Positions 8,254 to 18,552 of a stretch of 47,068 bases of DNA are shown one piece after another. The translations under genes were made by a program, and so were the position numbers. The notes beneath the pieces are model-generated. The model was given only the letters and a program-made list of their open reading frames with translations. It was not told the origin of the DNA and searched no databases. Origin of the DNA: Bacteroidales bacterium UBA1757 (GTDB lineage: Bacteria > Bacteroidota > Bacteroidia > Bacteroidales > UBA1402). How positions within the stretch are numbered: the first letter of the stretch is position 1; each line of letters opens with the position of its first letter. The stretch lies in the NCBI GenBank assembly GCA_002315625.1, contig DCHH01000010.1:4768-51835 (forward strand), given 5' to 3'.

Positions 8254-9558
8254 TTATTTGCGGCGTGAGTGATGACGATGCTTCTTGGAGTTGCGGCTGA
8301 CAATGGCCACGATGATGGCTGCGGCAACAGCGCCAATGATGATTACAAATGTCAGGGTATTGGCATTGTCACCCTTTACGCGGCTCCACATAGCAAGAAG
8401 CAGCTCAGTACGGTCGCCGGTGTCGTGCATCATGGCACAACGGTTGACGACTGTGATGTCGGGGTACTGCACCGGGTTGATGTGGACGGCTGAGGCTTCG
8501 GGACCGAAGAAATAGCTCAGGTCTGAAACTTCGGGGTATGCGACGCTGTCTATGCGGTTGGCCAGCACATCGGGGGTACCGATGGCACTGACATAGCCGA
8601 TGGCATCCATATTGCGGATTGCGTTTTCGCTGCTGCAGAGATAGTTGATGAAATAGCGGGCAGCCTTGACATTCTTGGCATACCTCGGGATGACCCAGCC
8701 GTCGAACCAGACATTGCTTCCCTCGGCAGGAACTACATAGTCGAGTGTAACTCCGACTAGGGCTCCTTCGTCGATTGCCCACTGCGCGTCACCGCTCCAG
8801 GTGTAGTTGACCCAACCTTTCTCCTTGGTCATGAACTCCTTGCCGAAATCGGCCTCCCATCCGGCAACGGACTCCTTGAAACTCTTCAGATAGTTCTCTA
8901 CCAGGGCAATGGACTCCTCTGAGGTGTCATACATAAGTTCGTCCATTGTCACCGTGCCGGCTTTCAGTTCGTCCTGTTTGAGGAAGATAAGAAGTGGGGA
9001 ATAGACATCGCGGAAGGCATCCTTCATGAAGAGCTTGCCGCTGATTTTCGGGTTGGTCAGCAATGACCACGATGAAGCCTCCTCGCGGGTGATGAACTTG
9101 GGGTTGTACATAAGTCCGGTTGTGCCCCACATATAGCCTACGGCATAGTCATTGGCGTTTTTGCCCGCCCCGTCAATCTTGTTGAAACGTTCGATGATAT
9201 AGGGTGAAATATTGCCAAGATTATTCGGGGTGTCGCCAAAGTCCTTGTCGATGGGCAACAGCAAATCGTTGCGGAGCATGCGTTCGATGATGTATTCCGA
9301 CGGGCACACAACATCAAAGTCTTCGTGGCCGCGTTCAATCTTTGAAAGCATAACCTCGTTGATGTCAAAGAGCTGGTAGATGATTTCCACCTCTTCACCT
9401 GTCTGCTGCTTATACCATTCGGGAAATTCTTCCAGGACAGACTCGTCGATGTAGTCGGCCCAGTTGTAGATTTTCAGAACATGACTCCTGTCTTCGGCAG
9501 CAAAAAGAGAAAAAGCTGAAAGTGCCAGCGCAGCAAGAAAAAGAACGGTTTTTTTCAT
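8254..9558 (-). CDS. potD: Spermidine/putrescine ABC transporter substrate-binding protein with C-terminal TM anchor
   Basis: LKIYNWADYI, DVVCPSEY, YMWGTTG, WSGDA, EGSNVWFD. Confidence 0.92.
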   Translation of the reverse strand: MKKTVLFLAALALSAFSLFAAEDRSHVLKIYNWADYIDESVLEEFPEWYKQQTGEEVEIIYQLFDINEVMLSKIERGHEDFDVVCPSEYIIERMLRNDLLLPIDKDFGDTPNNLGNISPYIIERFNKIDGAGKNANDYAVGYMWGTTGLMYNPKFITREEASSWSLLTNPKISGKLFMKDAFRDVYSPLLIFLKQDELKAGTVTMDELMYDTSEESIALVENYLKSFKESVAGWEADFGKEFMTKEKGWVNYTWSGDAQWAIDEGALVGVTLDYVVPAEGSNVWFDGWVIPRYAKNVKAARYFINYLCSSENAIRNMDAIGYVSAIGTPDVLANRIDSVAYPEVSDLSYFFGPEASAVHINPVQYPDITVVNRCAMMHDTGDRTELLLAMWSRVKGDNANTLTFVIIIGAVAAAIIVAIVSRNSKKHRHHSRRK

Positions 9559-9608
9559 TTCTTATAAAAATAAAAAAGGTGAAAGATGTCTTTTCGGACG
9601 ATGTGAAG

Positions 9609-10412
9609 TCAATGCTTTTTACTGCCTTGTCCCTGTGTCTTTGTGGAGCGCAGGTTAATAATGATAAGCAGTAGCAGGACTGTCACGAAGATGATGGTCG
9701 AAAGCGGTCTGAGTTCGGGCGTCAGGCCACCTTTGCGGGCATCTGCGTAGATGTAGGTGGAAAGAGTCTCCAGACCCTGGTTGCCCTTGGTGAACAGGGT
9801 TACGGCAAAGTCGTCAATCGAGAGGGTGAATGCCAGCAGCATACCCGAGACCATTCCTGGCCGTATTTCCGGAATAATAACTTTCCACAATGCCTGGAAC
9901 GGGGTGGCTCCAAGGTCAAGAGCCGCTTCGTATGTGTTGGGGTTCATCTGTTTTAGACGAGGCATCACGCTGAGTACGACGTATGGGGTGCAGAATGTGA
10001 TATGGGCAATCACTACTGTGATGTATCCTTGTGTCACACTGAAAGTTACAAAGAGGATAAACAATGAGATACCGGTGATGATATCGGGGTTGAGCATCGG
10101 TATGTCATTCAGGAAGTACATTATGTGCTTTTTGCGGCTTGTCAGGTTGAAGATACCGATGGCTGCAATTGTCCCAAGTATGGTGGAGCAGACGGCGGCG
10201 ATGATGCCGATGGAGAGGGTGTTCTCAATAGCGCGGAGCAGAGAACCGTTTACGCCGCCGGAAAAGAGCGAGGAGTAGAGTTTCGTCGAGAACCCGGTCC
10301 AGTTGCCGAGAACCTTCGCTTCGGTAAAGGAAAAGACGGCGATGATGACAATCGGCGCGTACAGCAGCACCAGAAGAATCCAGATATAGGTCTGAGCCAG
10401 CAGCTTTTTCAT
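9609..10412 (-). CDS. potC: Spermidine/putrescine ABC transporter permease
   Basis: EAALDLGA loop, FTLSIDDF; start taken at MKKLLAQ (10412), overlapping the potB stop. Confidence 0.92.
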   Translation of the reverse strand: MKKLLAQTYIWILLVLLYAPIVIIAVFSFTEAKVLGNWTGFSTKLYSSLFSGGVNGSLLRAIENTLSIGIIAAVCSTILGTIAAIGIFNLTSRKKHIMYFLNDIPMLNPDIITGISLFILFVTFSVTQGYITVVIAHITFCTPYVVLSVMPRLKQMNPNTYEAALDLGATPFQALWKVIIPEIRPGMVSGMLLAFTLSIDDFAVTLFTKGNQGLETLSTYIYADARKGGLTPELRPLSTIIFVTVLLLLIIINLRSTKTQGQGSKKH

Positions 10413-11188
10413 CAGATGATTCCTCCTTTCTCGGCATCCATTTTGTCTTTGCCGTTGGTAATGGCTGTGGTTATACCTATGATAACCAGCATGATGAGAC
10501 CCAGAGCGGAACCGTAGTTCCACAGACCGTTATTGATATTCTCCTGAATGACGGTTCCGAAGAGTTTCACCTTGTTCATGGTGAGAAGCTCGGAGATTGC
10601 AAAGGTTGAGATGGTAGGCATGAAGACCATCAGCACTCCGCTCCACACGCCTGGCATGGACAGGGGCAGTGTCACCTTCCAGAATACCTGAGAAGGGGAT
10701 GCTCCCAGGTCTTCTGCCGCTTCGATGTATGAATTGTCCATCTTCAGCAGGGTGTTGTAGATGGGATAAATCATGAACGGGAGGAAGTTATAGACCATAC
10801 CGAAGATAAGGGCTCCCTCGCCGAGCGGGATATGGATAAAGTCAAACAAGGCTACGGTGGCCAGTGTACGTACCAGCATGTTCACCCACATGGGCAGGAT
10901 GAACAGAATAATGGTGACGGCTGAGCGGTTGAGCGACGGGGTGCTCAGGATATATGCAGCGGGGTATCCCAGTGCAATGCACAGGATTGTCGTAATCAGT
11001 GCTATTTCAATGGAATACAGGAATGTACTGACTGCTTCGGGCTGTTGGGCGAAGTGAACAAAATTCTGGAATGAAAAATGCCCTTGGGAATCCTGAAAGG
11101 CGTAAACCGCAATCAGTATGAGCGGCAATACCACAAACAGTATCAGGAAAACCAGATAGGGCAGCGACCAGGAAGACCTTTTGTTCAT
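10412..11188 (-). CDS. potB: Spermidine/putrescine ABC transporter permease
   Basis: ILPMWVN, YNFLPFMIYP, EAAEDLGA. Confidence 0.92.
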   Translation of the reverse strand: MNKRSSWSLPYLVFLILFVVLPLILIAVYAFQDSQGHFSFQNFVHFAQQPEAVSTFLYSIEIALITTILCIALGYPAAYILSTPSLNRSAVTIILFILPMWVNMLVRTLATVALFDFIHIPLGEGALIFGMVYNFLPFMIYPIYNTLLKMDNSYIEAAEDLGASPSQVFWKVTLPLSMPGVWSGVLMVFMPTISTFAISELLTMNKVKLFGTVIQENINNGLWNYGSALGLIMLVIIGITTAITNGKDKMDAEKGGII

Positions 11189-11217
11189 TTCCGATTCTTA
11201 TTGAAAATGGGTTAACG

Positions 11218-12648
11218 TCAGGGGATGGCCTCCAGACCCTCGGCTTTTCCTAAGGGAGCAGCCTTGGGGCGACCAAGATGAATGTCTTCGGGCAGGATGC
11301 GCACACCCACCATGTCGCATTTGTCCCAGACATCGTTGGTATCGACGTAGAGATAGTTTGCGGACTTTTCATCAATGCAGATGGTGAGGTGGTAGTGGTC
11401 GCCTTTATAAAGAATGAAGCCGACTTCGCCAGTGAGAGTGCCGTCTTCCTTATCGTCCAAAAGGTCGATTTTGTCAAAATCTATGCGGGCTTCGACTTCG
11501 CTGTCTGGTTCGAAGTCATGGGCGTCACATTCAAATGAGGTACCCATAAGCTCCACATGGCCTGCATCAATGACACGTCCTTTGATAGTGTTGCACGTGC
11601 GCTCCTTGTGCATGACCTGAATATCCGAAGGCTTGATAATCAGTCCTACATGGCTGCCGGGTTCGAAGGCATTGTAGTCCTGAATCTGCATTTCGAATCC
11701 TTCGTCGGTATCGACAAACATTTCGTAGTGAACTCCCTTGAAGGTGCAACTGTTGACCGTCCCAGTGAACTGGGTCTTCTCGGTGTTGTTCATTATGTAG
11801 ATATCTTCGGGTCGGATTACCACATCGACGGGGACGTTCTCGCCGAAACCTTCATCGACGCAGTCGAAATCGTGTCCGATGAAGTTAACGCGACGGTCTG
11901 AGAGCATTGTGCCGTTCAGGATGTTGCTCTCGCCTATAAAGTCGGCCACAAAAGAGTTGACAGGCTCGTTGTAGATGTCAGCCGGGGTTCCGATCTGCTG
12001 GATTTTGCCGCCGTTCATCACGACTATCGTATCGGAGAGGGTCAGTGCCTCTTCCTGATCGTGGGTGACATATATAAAGGTGATACCCAGTTTGCGATGC
12101 ATCTCCTTGAGCTCTATCTGCATATCCTTGCGCATCTTCAGGTCAAGGGCGGCAAGGGGCTCGTCGAGCAGAAGCACCTTGGGCTGGTTGATCAGGGCAC
12201 GGGCTATTGCCACGCGCTGCTGCTGTCCGCCGGAAAGGGACTCCACGTCGCGCTCCTCATAGTCACTCATCACAACCATTTTCAACACTTTACGGACTCG
12301 CTCGTCGATTTCGTCCTCGGGCACGTTCTGCAATTTCAGGCCGAAAGCGATATTGTCATAGACATCCAGGTGCGGGAAAAGGGCGTAGCGCTGGAAAACG
12401 GTGTTTAGCGGGCGACGGTACGGTGGAACTCCGAGAAGGTCTTTCCCGTCAAGGCTGACGGTACCTTCGTCAGAGGCAATGAATCCCGCCAGAATGCGCA
12501 GAAGTGTAGTTTTTCCGCATCCGGACGGACCCAGCAGTGTGACGAACTCGCCACGCCTGACCTCCAGATTGATGTCGTTGAGCACCTTCTTGTCATCGAA
12601 TGACTTGGAAAGATGCTCAATCTTTATAATTACATCATTATTAGCCAT
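11218..12648 (-). CDS. potA: Spermidine/putrescine ABC transporter ATPase with two TOBE-like C-terminal repeats
   Basis: [33 protein letters not shown]. Confidence 0.95.
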   Translation of the reverse strand: MANNDVIIKIEHLSKSFDDKKVLNDINLEVRRGEFVTLLGPSGCGKTTLLRILAGFIASDEGTVSLDGKDLLGVPPYRRPLNTVFQRYALFPHLDVYDNIAFGLKLQNVPEDEIDERVRKVLKMVVMSDYEERDVESLSGGQQQRVAIARALINQPKVLLLDEPLAALDLKMRKDMQIELKEMHRKLGITFIYVTHDQEEALTLSDTIVVMNGGKIQQIGTPADIYNEPVNSFVADFIGESNILNGTMLSDRRVNFIGHDFDCVDEGFGENVPVDVVIRPEDIYIMNNTEKTQFTGTVNSCTFKGVHYEMFVDTDEGFEMQIQDYNAFEPGSHVGLIIKPSDIQVMHKERTCNTIKGRVIDAGHVELMGTSFECDAHDFEPDSEVEARIDFDKIDLLDDKEDGTLTGEVGFILYKGDHYHLTICIDEKSANYLYVDTNDVWDKCDMVGVRILPEDIHLGRPKAAPLGKAEGLEAIP

Positions 12649-12696
12649 TTAACCCAATAGATTGAACAACCTGAAATGAATTTTGAAAAAGCGCCG

Positions 12697-12704
12697 CAAA
12701 AGTA
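12697..12704 (-). promoter_or_regulatory. -7 promoter box (TACTTTTG) for potABCD
   Basis: Consensus match in the intergenic gap upstream of potA. Confidence 0.6.
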
Positions 12705-12718
12705 AGAAAATAGATTGA

Positions 12719-14008
12719 TTAATCATCAATATCCTGGCCCCTTATAATGACCATATTTTCTATATTTTTCTTGACTTTGTCGATATTACCCTTGTATTTC
12801 AGGACAAAGTTCTCAATGTACATCGAACAACATGCCAGAATACTGTATCCGATGGTCTGGATGACCAGGGCATGTATCTGTGGCTGAACGGCCATCAAGT
12901 CTGCTCCGGCAGTGTTGATGTCAATGAATGCCTTGCACCCGAATGTGGATGGGAACAGATATGAGAAATATTTCCAGAATGGCGGGAAAGCTGTAACAGG
13001 CCACGAGAAACCGGTCAGGAACAGCAGAACTGGCGACATGAACATGAAAAGAATGAATACGGCCTCGCGCTTCATGATGAAGGAGCTCCAGACCATGCTG
13101 AAGAAAACGCAGTCGGTCACAAAGAGTATAATCAGCACGTACAGGTTCCAGAAAGTACCCCTTTGCGGGAATCCGAAAATATGGGGAACGATGTAGGAAA
13201 TGTATATTGAGATAACCATGAAAATAAGCCAATAGACTGCACCCCGGCCAAAAACCACACGGGTCACGCCTTTTCCGGAAAACTCCTCGGAAAGAGAGGA
13301 GAAGTTCTTGTTCTGCTCCCTTTTTGTACCGACGCTTATGCTCATTGCTATGAACATACATTGCTGGACAATGAGAAGCAGGATGGCCGATATCAGGAAA
13401 ATGCTGTAGGAAAAGGTGGGGTTGAACGGGTTATTTTCTTGATAAAGAATGGGCTGGGCTACCAGAGAGGCTTCCTTTCCGGTCATTCCGAATTCGGAAT
13501 AGTGCTCTATTTGCAGACTCCTTACATTATGGAGCATCACAAAGTTCGCACCCATAAGAAGGCTCTTGAAGTAGAGGAAACTGCTCATATCGGCATATAC
13601 AGAGAAGGTGGCAGTTCTGTAATTATTGAGTTGAATGTTGAAGTCGGAAGGGAAATAGACTATGCCGTTGGCTTTGCGCTTTTGCATCAGCAATTTGGCC
13701 TCTTCCATATTCATGCACTCGCCGATTATTTCTATCTCGCGTGTGGCGTCCATCTCACGGGTCAGGCGACGGCTTTCCGTAGAGTGTGAATCATCGACCA
13801 CGACCACACGGATATCATCCAAGGTGCCGTGACTGTAGATGATGTTGTAAAGGAGCGGATAGCAGAACCCGGCAATGATGAGAATGACCATCACACCTTC
13901 GTCGTGGAGAACGCTCTTGAGCTCTGCGTTGAATATACCTATCGTATCACGCAGCCAGTCTGATATCTTGGCACCGATTCCGGTAAATATTTTCTTCATA
14001 GCATCCAC
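12719..14008 (-). CDS. ABC-2 type exporter permease (YbhR/YbhS-like)
   Basis: N-terminal TM, periplasmic VVVDDS..S domain, multi-TM C-terminus with LTGFSWP. Start may be 13999. Confidence 0.88.
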   Translation of the reverse strand: MDAMKKIFTGIGAKISDWLRDTIGIFNAELKSVLHDEGVMVILIIAGFCYPLLYNIIYSHGTLDDIRVVVVDDSHSTESRRLTREMDATREIEIIGECMNMEEAKLLMQKRKANGIVYFPSDFNIQLNNYRTATFSVYADMSSFLYFKSLLMGANFVMLHNVRSLQIEHYSEFGMTGKEASLVAQPILYQENNPFNPTFSYSIFLISAILLLIVQQCMFIAMSISVGTKREQNKNFSSLSEEFSGKGVTRVVFGRGAVYWLIFMVISIYISYIVPHIFGFPQRGTFWNLYVLIILFVTDCVFFSMVWSSFIMKREAVFILFMFMSPVLLFLTGFSWPVTAFPPFWKYFSYLFPSTFGCKAFIDINTAGADLMAVQPQIHALVIQTIGYSILACCSMYIENFVLKYKGNIDKVKKNIENMVIIRGQDIDD

Positions 14009-14013
14009 CTCTT

Positions 14014-15183
14014 TTAGTTTTTACTGTAATCCTGAAGGATGTAGGCCCTTTTGAGCCTTGGCAGAATTACTATCGGGGCAAACAGGAACAGCAGCATATA
14101 GACAGCCTCCGGCCACCATCCGGCGAATCCGGAATTAAACATGTATTCCTGAACATAAATGAGATAGTAGTGTCTTAACGGGAACATATAGGACATTGCC
14201 TGAAACGGACCGTCCAATACCTCAATGGGAAGTGTGAATCCTGTCAGCGAGAAACCGAGGACTGAGTACAGCGAACCGACACTCAGCGAGAAACGCAATA
14301 CCGGGACAAGACCGATTATCAGCACTGCCACTGCCTCGGAGGCAATGACAAGCAGGAATACATCCCAGAACATGTTTATGAGTCGTCCGTCCATCGGGTA
14401 GTGGAGCCAGCGGAAGAAGAGAATCTCAATAAGTCCTCCGATAACCGTGAAAAATATGGTATAGAAGAACAGTTTACCAAGCAGAGCTGTAACAATGTTT
14501 CCGTCGGCAAGCTCCATCAGTTTTCGGGAACCTCCGTACTTGAGCTCAGTTCCAAGAGAGTAGATAATCATAAGAATGACAATCATCTGGAGCACGCCCG
14601 GTATCATCATTGTGGCGAGGTATGAACCGTAGTTCATCGTCGGATTCCCTATCTGGTGGACATCGACCTCCACGGGTTTGATGATTCCCATTATGGTCGC
14701 ATCGTCATAACCCTTTGCCCGGAGTACCTGTCTCTGGACGGCTCCTGATGTGAGATTAACCATCAGCAGAAGGTCCTTGTATGCCAGAGAACCGCCGAGG
14801 AAGTAGAGGCCGTTAATATAAAAGGTGAAAGTCGGCTGGCGGAATCCCTGCAAGTCGGCGTAAAACCCCTCGGGAATAACGATGATTGAAGTGATTTTTC
14901 CCCTTTGGAGTATCTCTCGGGCATCGGAGAAAGTGTTGAAACGGATAGTCTTTCCGAGTTGTGTCGCATCCAGCTGGCTGACAAAATTCCTTGAGACGGA
15001 ACTATTGTCGAGATCGACTACTCCAATGGGTACATCGGACGGCACTCCCTCTGCAAGGAATGTGGTGTAGAATATGGTACAGAACGCCAGCGCAAGTATG
15101 GTGCCAATGATGTACATAGGCCGCTTGGCCCATACCACAAGCTCACGGCGGTAAATCAGCTTTATTTTCCGAAAGGTCTCCAT
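14014..15183 (-). CDS. ABC-2 type exporter permease (YbhS/YbhR-like)
   Basis: PIGVVDLDNSSVSR, NPTMNY, LTGFTLP, FPLRHY. Confidence 0.88.
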   Translation of the reverse strand: METFRKIKLIYRRELVVWAKRPMYIIGTILALAFCTIFYTTFLAEGVPSDVPIGVVDLDNSSVSRNFVSQLDATQLGKTIRFNTFSDAREILQRGKITSIIVIPEGFYADLQGFRQPTFTFYINGLYFLGGSLAYKDLLLMVNLTSGAVQRQVLRAKGYDDATIMGIIKPVEVDVHQIGNPTMNYGSYLATMMIPGVLQMIVILMIIYSLGTELKYGGSRKLMELADGNIVTALLGKLFFYTIFFTVIGGLIEILFFRWLHYPMDGRLINMFWDVFLLVIASEAVAVLIIGLVPVLRFSLSVGSLYSVLGFSLTGFTLPIEVLDGPFQAMSYMFPLRHYYLIYVQEYMFNSGFAGWWPEAVYMLLFLFAPIVILPRLKRAYILQDYSKN

Positions 15184-15225
15184 TACGGCAAAATCCTTTT
15201 TTTGAAGTTTGGAAGGCTGACTGAT

Positions 15226-16215
15226 TTATTTTTTGAGAATGGCTGACATACCTGGACGGAGTCCATCTATGACTGCATTGGGAACGGCTCTGACTTCGAA
15301 TGTCTTTGCATCGTACTGGTCGGTCTCTCTGGTAGCCTTCCATGTGGCATACGACTCACGGACAGAAATAAAGCTTACGGTGGCAGGCACGTCTTCCATA
15401 TCGAGAGCGGGTATCATCAGGCTGACGGTGTCTCCGATTTTAAGTCCGTCAAGAAGGTCTTCGCGGATGTTGAAAGTGAACCACACCTCCGTCATGTTCT
15501 GGACAGTCATAATGGGGGAACCTGTACCGACTAATTCGCCGACCTTGGGGAAGATTGCCGAGACGATTCCGTCTGCCGGGGAGGTGAGGAAGAGTTCGCC
15601 GAGGTAGGATTCAACTTCCATAATGGCTCCGTCGGCTCTTGCCACCAGCGCGAGAGCGGCATCCTTATCCTCTTCACGGGCACCCTTTACGGCCATGTCA
15701 TACTGGCTCTTGGCAGCCTGCTCCTGGGCAACTGCCGCGTCGTAACGGGCCTTTGTCTCGTCGTATTTCTGGGCGGCGACAATTTTTTTGGCATAGAGGT
15801 TTGAAACCCTGTCGAATGATTTCTGCATCACTTCCCTCTGGGCCAAAGCCTGCTGCCACAGTTCGTATGCGCCCTTTATCTGTTCTGGAGCGGCACCGTT
15901 CTCGGCTTTTCTTGACTGGGCCAGGGCGGCATTGCGGGCGGCCATTGCCTGGGCAAGCTTTGCACGGACTTCGGGAGATTCGATATGGACAACGGTATCG
16001 CCCTTGTGAACCATCATTCCTTCACTGGCGTAAAGTTCCTCTATTCTGCCGGGAACCTTGCCCGACACCCTGTATTCGGCGGCTTCGGCGGAACCTTGTA
16101 TGATTATGGGACGTGGACGTGCTGCCACCCAACCTACTACTGACACTACTGCCACGATTGCAATAAGGGCCAGAAGTCCGAGAATAAAGTTGTAATTGCT
16201 CTTGCTGGTTTTCAT
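15226..16215 (-). CDS. HlyD/MFP family periplasmic adaptor
   Basis: N-terminal TM, lipoyl-like VSGKVPGRI..EG..V.KGD, coiled coil, SPADG, LRPGMS. Confidence 0.92.
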   Translation of the reverse strand: MKTSKSNYNFILGLLALIAIVAVVSVVGWVAARPRPIIIQGSAEAAEYRVSGKVPGRIEELYASEGMMVHKGDTVVHIESPEVRAKLAQAMAARNAALAQSRKAENGAAPEQIKGAYELWQQALAQREVMQKSFDRVSNLYAKKIVAAQKYDETKARYDAAVAQEQAAKSQYDMAVKGAREEDKDAALALVARADGAIMEVESYLGELFLTSPADGIVSAIFPKVGELVGTGSPIMTVQNMTEVWFTFNIREDLLDGLKIGDTVSLMIPALDMEDVPATVSFISVRESYATWKATRETDQYDAKTFEVRAVPNAVIDGLRPGMSAILKK

Positions 16216-16261
16216 ATTCTTGATTTTTAATATTTTACAATTTTATGTCCAAATAGCGTCA

Positions 16262-17614
16262 TCAAAGTCTGCCTTCTGCCTTAGCAAGGTTCATACTGGC
16301 CATCTGCAGTTCGATTGATGCTTCAATCAACTGTGAGCGGGCCTGAAGCCATGCTGTCTGTGCAGCCATCAGAATCGTGCCGGAAACGACCCCCTCGGTG
16401 TAGCCTTCATTGGCTGTGCGGAGGTTCTGTTCGGCGACTGACGACTGGTTGCGTGCCATTGTGAGTTTCGAGTTTGCTTCCTCGAAGAGACGGCGTGACT
16501 GCGATACCTGAAGGGTAATCTTTTCGCGGGCATCGTCCATCTTCAGGTCTATAAGTTCAGCTTCAACCTTGGCCTTGCGTGTCTTCTGCAGGGCTTCGGT
16601 ACCATGGAATACCGGTATTTTCAGGACGACTCCGGCTGCGAATCTTGCGCCGAATTCCTTTTGGAAACCATCGTTCATGCTCGGATTCGAAACAAGGAAA
16701 TTGGCCGTTGCAGCCAGGACCGGCATCATGTCGGCGCGGGCTATTGCGATTTTCCGGTCGTATATTTTTTCGGCCAGTTCAAGGGAGCGGATTTCGGGAC
16801 GGAGCGACAGAATCTCATCCATGGGCATCTGTGCAACAGATTGTGGCTGGGGAATGTCAGCATTTACTTCGTCGGCAAGCATTATATCAGTCTCAAGAGG
16901 AAGTCCGGTCTTCTGGCAAAGGAGCATCTTCGAGAGTGCCAGCCCGTTGGTAGCTTTTATGAGAAGCATGTCGGCCTCGTTACACTTCACCTCTACGGAA
17001 AGGGAATCACCGATTGTGGCAAGTCCTTCTCTCATAAGTTCTTTTGTGTCGTCAGACATTTTGTGGAGAAGCGAGGAATAGCTTTCGGCCAGTGCTTTTT
17101 TGCATGCAATGGAGACAATCTGCCAGTATGACTCCTCGATGCTCACCTCAACCTCCTGTGTGGTTTGCTCAGTCTGGACTTCGGCCAGCATCTGGGCATA
17201 TTTTGCCATCTGGTTTGAAGCGACTATTTTACCTCCGGCAAATATCGGCTGCTGTAGTGATATCAGACCTGCATATACGTTCTGGATATCAAAAACCAGT
17301 TTGTCGGCTATGCCGAACTCGAGCACATCCAGCGAATTAATGACTTCACGGGTCGAAGAGCTCATCAATGGAAGCTGCTTGTCGTTCCATTGATATGTAC
17401 CGAGAGCCGTAATCTTGGGAAAATAATAGGAGGCGGCTATTTTCTTGTCGATATCCGACATGTCCGCTTTCTTGTTGGCCACCTTCAGTTCGTTGTTGTT
17501 CTGAATAGCCATCTCCTTGCATTCTTCCAGTGTCAGGACCCTTTGGGCTGAGAGCGGAAGTATGGTCATCACCAACATAACCGCTATGGTCAGTTTGTTT
17601 ATTTTTTGCTTCAT
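16262..17614 (-). CDS. TolC family outer membrane efflux protein
   Basis: Signal peptide, LTLEECKEMAIQNN, LQQPIFAGG, duplicated OEP repeats. Confidence 0.92.
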   Translation of the reverse strand: MKQKINKLTIAVMLVMTILPLSAQRVLTLEECKEMAIQNNNELKVANKKADMSDIDKKIAASYYFPKITALGTYQWNDKQLPLMSSSTREVINSLDVLEFGIADKLVFDIQNVYAGLISLQQPIFAGGKIVASNQMAKYAQMLAEVQTEQTTQEVEVSIEESYWQIVSIACKKALAESYSSLLHKMSDDTKELMREGLATIGDSLSVEVKCNEADMLLIKATNGLALSKMLLCQKTGLPLETDIMLADEVNADIPQPQSVAQMPMDEILSLRPEIRSLELAEKIYDRKIAIARADMMPVLAATANFLVSNPSMNDGFQKEFGARFAAGVVLKIPVFHGTEALQKTRKAKVEAELIDLKMDDAREKITLQVSQSRRLFEEANSKLTMARNQSSVAEQNLRTANEGYTEGVVSGTILMAAQTAWLQARSQLIEASIELQMASMNLAKAEGRL

Positions 17615-17642
17615 ATCTTGATGATTTCGAGTAAAAACGGCG

Positions 17643-17670
17643 CAAAATTACTCAAAAATTGGTATTTTCG
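17643..17670. promoter_or_regulatory. Back-to-back divergent -7 boxes (minus TAATTTTG 17643-17650; plus TATTTTCG 17663-17670)
   Basis: Both lie in the 75-nt gap between the tolC and OMP starts. Confidence 0.55.
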
Positions 17671-17689
17671 CCCCAAATTTCCTATCATA

Positions 17690-18544
17690 ATGGCTAAACA
17701 AACAATTCGTTATGCAATAGTCTGTCTATCAGCTATTTTTTTGAGTAGTTGGGCTTTATATGCCCAGTCGGTTGAACCGTCAGCGACCTCGGAAGAGGAG
17801 AGTGAGGGGCCATGGACTTTTTCGGCTCAGGTCAATGCGCTGTCAATGTACGAATGGCGCGGCTATATGACTGGCGGTGTCAGTCTCCAGCCTGAGTTGA
17901 CGCTCGACTATGCTTTCCCGTCGCTGGATATTTATGCCGACTTGTGGTATAACCATTCATTTGAGGGGGGATTTGCAACATTTCCCAAAGAGAAGAGCAT
18001 GATAGATGTCTATAGTGAACTGGATTTTTCGCTCGGCCTGACCTGGAAGGGGCTTGATTTTGCTCTGGCTTCCTATTTTACACCGTTGTATGCCAGTGAG
18101 GACAAAACCTCATTCGCACTGGATGCAACATTGAGCTACACATTTGACTTCGGACTCGGGCTTTCATGGAGTACCCTGCTTGTCGATCCGACCGAGGTGG
18201 AAAAGGAAAAAGCGGATGGAACGATTTATACGAGGAGAGCATATTCGTCATACGCAGAGGTCTCTTTCAGCCATCCTGTCTGGGAACTTGACCTTGGTGC
18301 CAGAGTCGGTTTTGTCCCTTGGGAGTCTCCATACATCGACTGTATTTTCGTAGATGATAGTAAGATGGTGGATCTCTCCCGGAAGCTGCATTTTTCCAAA
18401 CTTGCTTTGGAAGTGGGCCATACATTTACCTTCAACGACGACCGCTTCTCTTTGCCTGTCGGGCTGAATGTCCTGTATAACCCCACAACATTGCAGTGGG
18501 GCCTGCAACTTACGGCAGGATTCACATTTGATACAATTTTCTAA
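17690..18544 (+). CDS. Putative outer membrane beta-barrel protein (TorF-like porin)
   Basis: Signal peptide, alternating beta strands, SMYEWRG and YSELDF motifs, C-terminal Phe. Start taken at MAKQ. Confidence 0.7.
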   Translation: MAKQTIRYAIVCLSAIFLSSWALYAQSVEPSATSEEESEGPWTFSAQVNALSMYEWRGYMTGGVSLQPELTLDYAFPSLDIYADLWYNHSFEGGFATFPKEKSMIDVYSELDFSLGLTWKGLDFALASYFTPLYASEDKTSFALDATLSYTFDFGLGLSWSTLLVDPTEVEKEKADGTIYTRRAYSSYAEVSFSHPVWELDLGARVGFVPWESPYIDCIFVDDSKMVDLSRKLHFSKLALEVGHTFTFNDDRFSLPVGLNVLYNPTTLQWGLQLTAGFTFDTIF

Positions 18545-18552
18545 TTTAACCA

